NCBI GenBank assembly: GCA_964057225.1
Contig: OZ059896.1
Location: 8,432,001-8,496,000 of the forward strand
Reading direction: 5' to 3'
Length of the DNA stretch: 64,000 nucleotides
Origin: Auanema rhodensis
Lineage: Eukaryota; Animalia; Nematoda
Numbering within the stretch: the stretch's first letter is position 1; every line of letters begins with the position of its first letter. A program made the translations under genes and the position numbers. Of the stretch, positions 61,807 through 64,000 are shown one piece after another. The notes beneath the pieces are model-generated. The model was not told the DNA's origin. It ran no database searches and saw only the letters and a list, made by a program, of their open reading frames with translations.

Positions 61807-64000
61807 ATGTCTGATGGATTGGTGCTTGATCAGAAAAATCTGCAAAAATCCTTATCGGATTCACAGGTAATCATTCGCTTTGTTATTTTAAGTTGTATCC
61901 ACTAATACAGGTAGTAGCTCCACATTCTCAGAAGTCTCCTGAGGCTTCTGGTCTTGGACTCTATATAGAAGAGATGGGTGCTAGCGGAGCAGCACCTGGT
62001 TTGTTTCGTCATAGTGATTTAGAGGACAAACATTTTTCTTCTTTAGGAGACAGAGCATGGGTTCTCTTAGCGCATAGGCAAGAATTACCGGTGTTAATAG
62101 AATTTGCTTTACGGGATGAAACTGTTGAAGCTGAAGAAATAGTAGAACGAGAAAAAGTTTGTTTATTACATGAAATTTAATTTTAATGTTTTATTTCAGT
62201 TGATTACTTTCACAGTTCCAACACTTCCATGGGATTCAAATAACATTAATATTAAATTGACATGTGGAAATTCAGAGATTTCAGTTCCATTCAAATACAG
62301 AAAGAGGTACTTGAAAAACGCAATAACACAACAATGTTCTTTTTTTAATGTTCCCGTTTTCCAGATGCCGATCTGTTACACCGTGTGTTTCAATTGAAAA
62401 TTTGATTGAGTTTGCTACAAATGGTGATACCTTGGCTTTAGTGCAACCATTCAGTTTTCTTTTGCCACAGTTAGATGGAGAAGGGAACACGTTAGCTGTA
62501 GACAGAATATCTAATGTTATATTCATATCTATTGCAGAGTCCTTCATCTTGCAGCACGAAACAGTCAAAGTTTTGCTTTAAAAATCCTTTTATCAGCTGT
62601 TCCCTCACCCGATAAAGAAGGTATAGAAATATCAAAAATTATAATAAATGTTATAATTCAATTAAGAAATTGTTAATATTCGAAATTCTCGAGGGTTAAC
62701 TGCCTTACATTGTGCGATAAGATCTGGTGATCCGGACAGCGTACATTACTTAATAGCAAATAAGGCACATGCTTATATTTCAGATAATCATAAGAATACA
62801 GTAAGTATTGATTGTTTATTTTTTTATTCTTATCTAATATAATTTAAACTTGGAATATTAGGCTGTTCACTATCTTGCTGATGCTTATAACGAAGCAATT
62901 TTCAAAGAAATTCTAGAACCAGCTACAGCTGAAGATTTAAAAGTTGAAGAATTGAATGATGAAGGTTATGCAGCTCTGCATCTAGCTGTACGTAGGTGAG
63001 TATAGATGTCTATGATCTCCCGAAAACTAGAAAACTTCGTTTACAGGTTGAAACTGAGTTTGATTGAAATGCTTCTTGAAGCAGGGGCTAATCCTAATTC
63101 GTTAGACCGTAATGGACGTACTCCTTTAATACATGCTGTTCTTATGAATGATACGGACATTGTCCAGTTTCTAATAGATGTATATATATACTTGTTAAGA
63201 TATTTTCTTTTAATTTTGTGAATTTCAGCATGGTTCTGATGCGAATATAGAAAGTAATAATGGAGAGACAAGTCTATTGCTTGCGAGAGACAATGCAAAT
63301 TATGCTTTGTTGGGATATTTACTGGATGCTGGGGCTGATCCAACAGTTGCAAATCAAAAAGGAGAAACTTTGATTGATTCAGATGATTCAACTATTCAAA
63401 ACATAGTCAAAGGAGAACGGTATAAAGGAAAATAATTTGTTTACACCTTTTCATGTTTAGAATCGCTTTACCTCCGAAGGAAATTTTCACTTCATCGTCT
63501 CCTAGTGATCTCCCAGCCGTACGGGCACCTTTGTTCGGTAAGTCATGTCCGAAGAGTACGGTTGTGGATCAATATACAGTCAAACATAGTCGAATGATTA
63601 TACGAAATCCGAACCCTCAAACAAATGAAGAAGATAATATTCAGGGTACGGGTCTGTTGGCATTCGGTTTTTCATATCACAATACCTTTGAAGTTTCTAA
63701 AAAATTCATTCATTCATTGGTTTCTTAGATGAGCCTGAAGAAAGTGCCACATTAAGTGGAATTCGTGAAAATGCTCGACAGCGAGCTGCAAGACTGATGG
63801 AAGAAGTAGAGCAACTAATGAATGAACCATCAACTAGTGGCACTTCTACTGGTGCTAGGAGAGGAGCTCATAAAGGTTGTTATAACATAGATATTGAAAT
63901 CGAAAACAAAACATATCTTTCAGACGATATAGCAGGATTAGATTATTTAACAAGATTACGGTTATCGAAAGCTTTAGATCTAGATGGAAAATGGCAAAAT
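61807..64000 (+). CDS. ikb-1: IkB / NF-kB p105-like protein: IPT-like domain, basic patch, ~6 ankyrin repeats, start of death domain (truncated by window edge)
   Basis: Exons 61807-61866, 61911-62156, 62200-62306, 62365-62490, 62538-62620, 62667-62800, 62862-62995, 63047-63179, 63229-63419, 63461-63645, 63729-63875, 63924->64000. ANK motifs: GNTVLHLAA, GLTALHCAI, KNTAVHYLA, GYAALHLAV, GRTPLIHAV, GETSLLLA. Death-domain-like LDYLTRLRLSKALDLDGKWQ. The symbol rests on domain architecture, not alignment. Confidence 0.75.

Overview
Eukaryotic, very AT-rich, intron-containing DNA that reads as a rhabditid-type nematode genome (many ~45-nt introns, ttt(c/t)ag acceptors, C. elegans-like proteins). The ORF track is mostly noise, so I assembled genes by hand from GT-AG junctions and reading-frame phase. 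Genes in order: a novel-class protein kinase C (tpa-1/PKC-delta-like, +, ~5.7-16.1 kb); magi-1 (PDZ-GK-WW-WW-PDZx5, +, 23.6-41.1 kb, with candidate alternative first and last exons); an EGF-repeat transmembrane protein with two PPxY motifs (+, 52.8-55.9 kb); an FkbM-type methyltransferase, possibly disrupted (-); a small unknown protein (-); IMP4 (+); and an IkB/ikb-1-like ankyrin gene running off the right edge (+). Most notable: (1) one intron holds four tandem U18-like box C/D snoRNAs, each preceded at a fixed 59-60 bp by a conserved near-palindromic element (CCGTAT-N3-ATACGG), suggesting four self-promoted nested transcription units; (2) the IkB-like protein appears to keep an IPT domain plus a basic NLS-like patch ahead of its ankyrin repeats and death domain, like NF-kB p105 without its DNA-binding subdomain; (3) both C1 domains of the PKC have Phe at the normally conserved Pro11; (4) an intergenic cluster of AAAGTTCACGT motifs with ~32-bp spacing. 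Family assignments come from recalled motifs; no database search was run.
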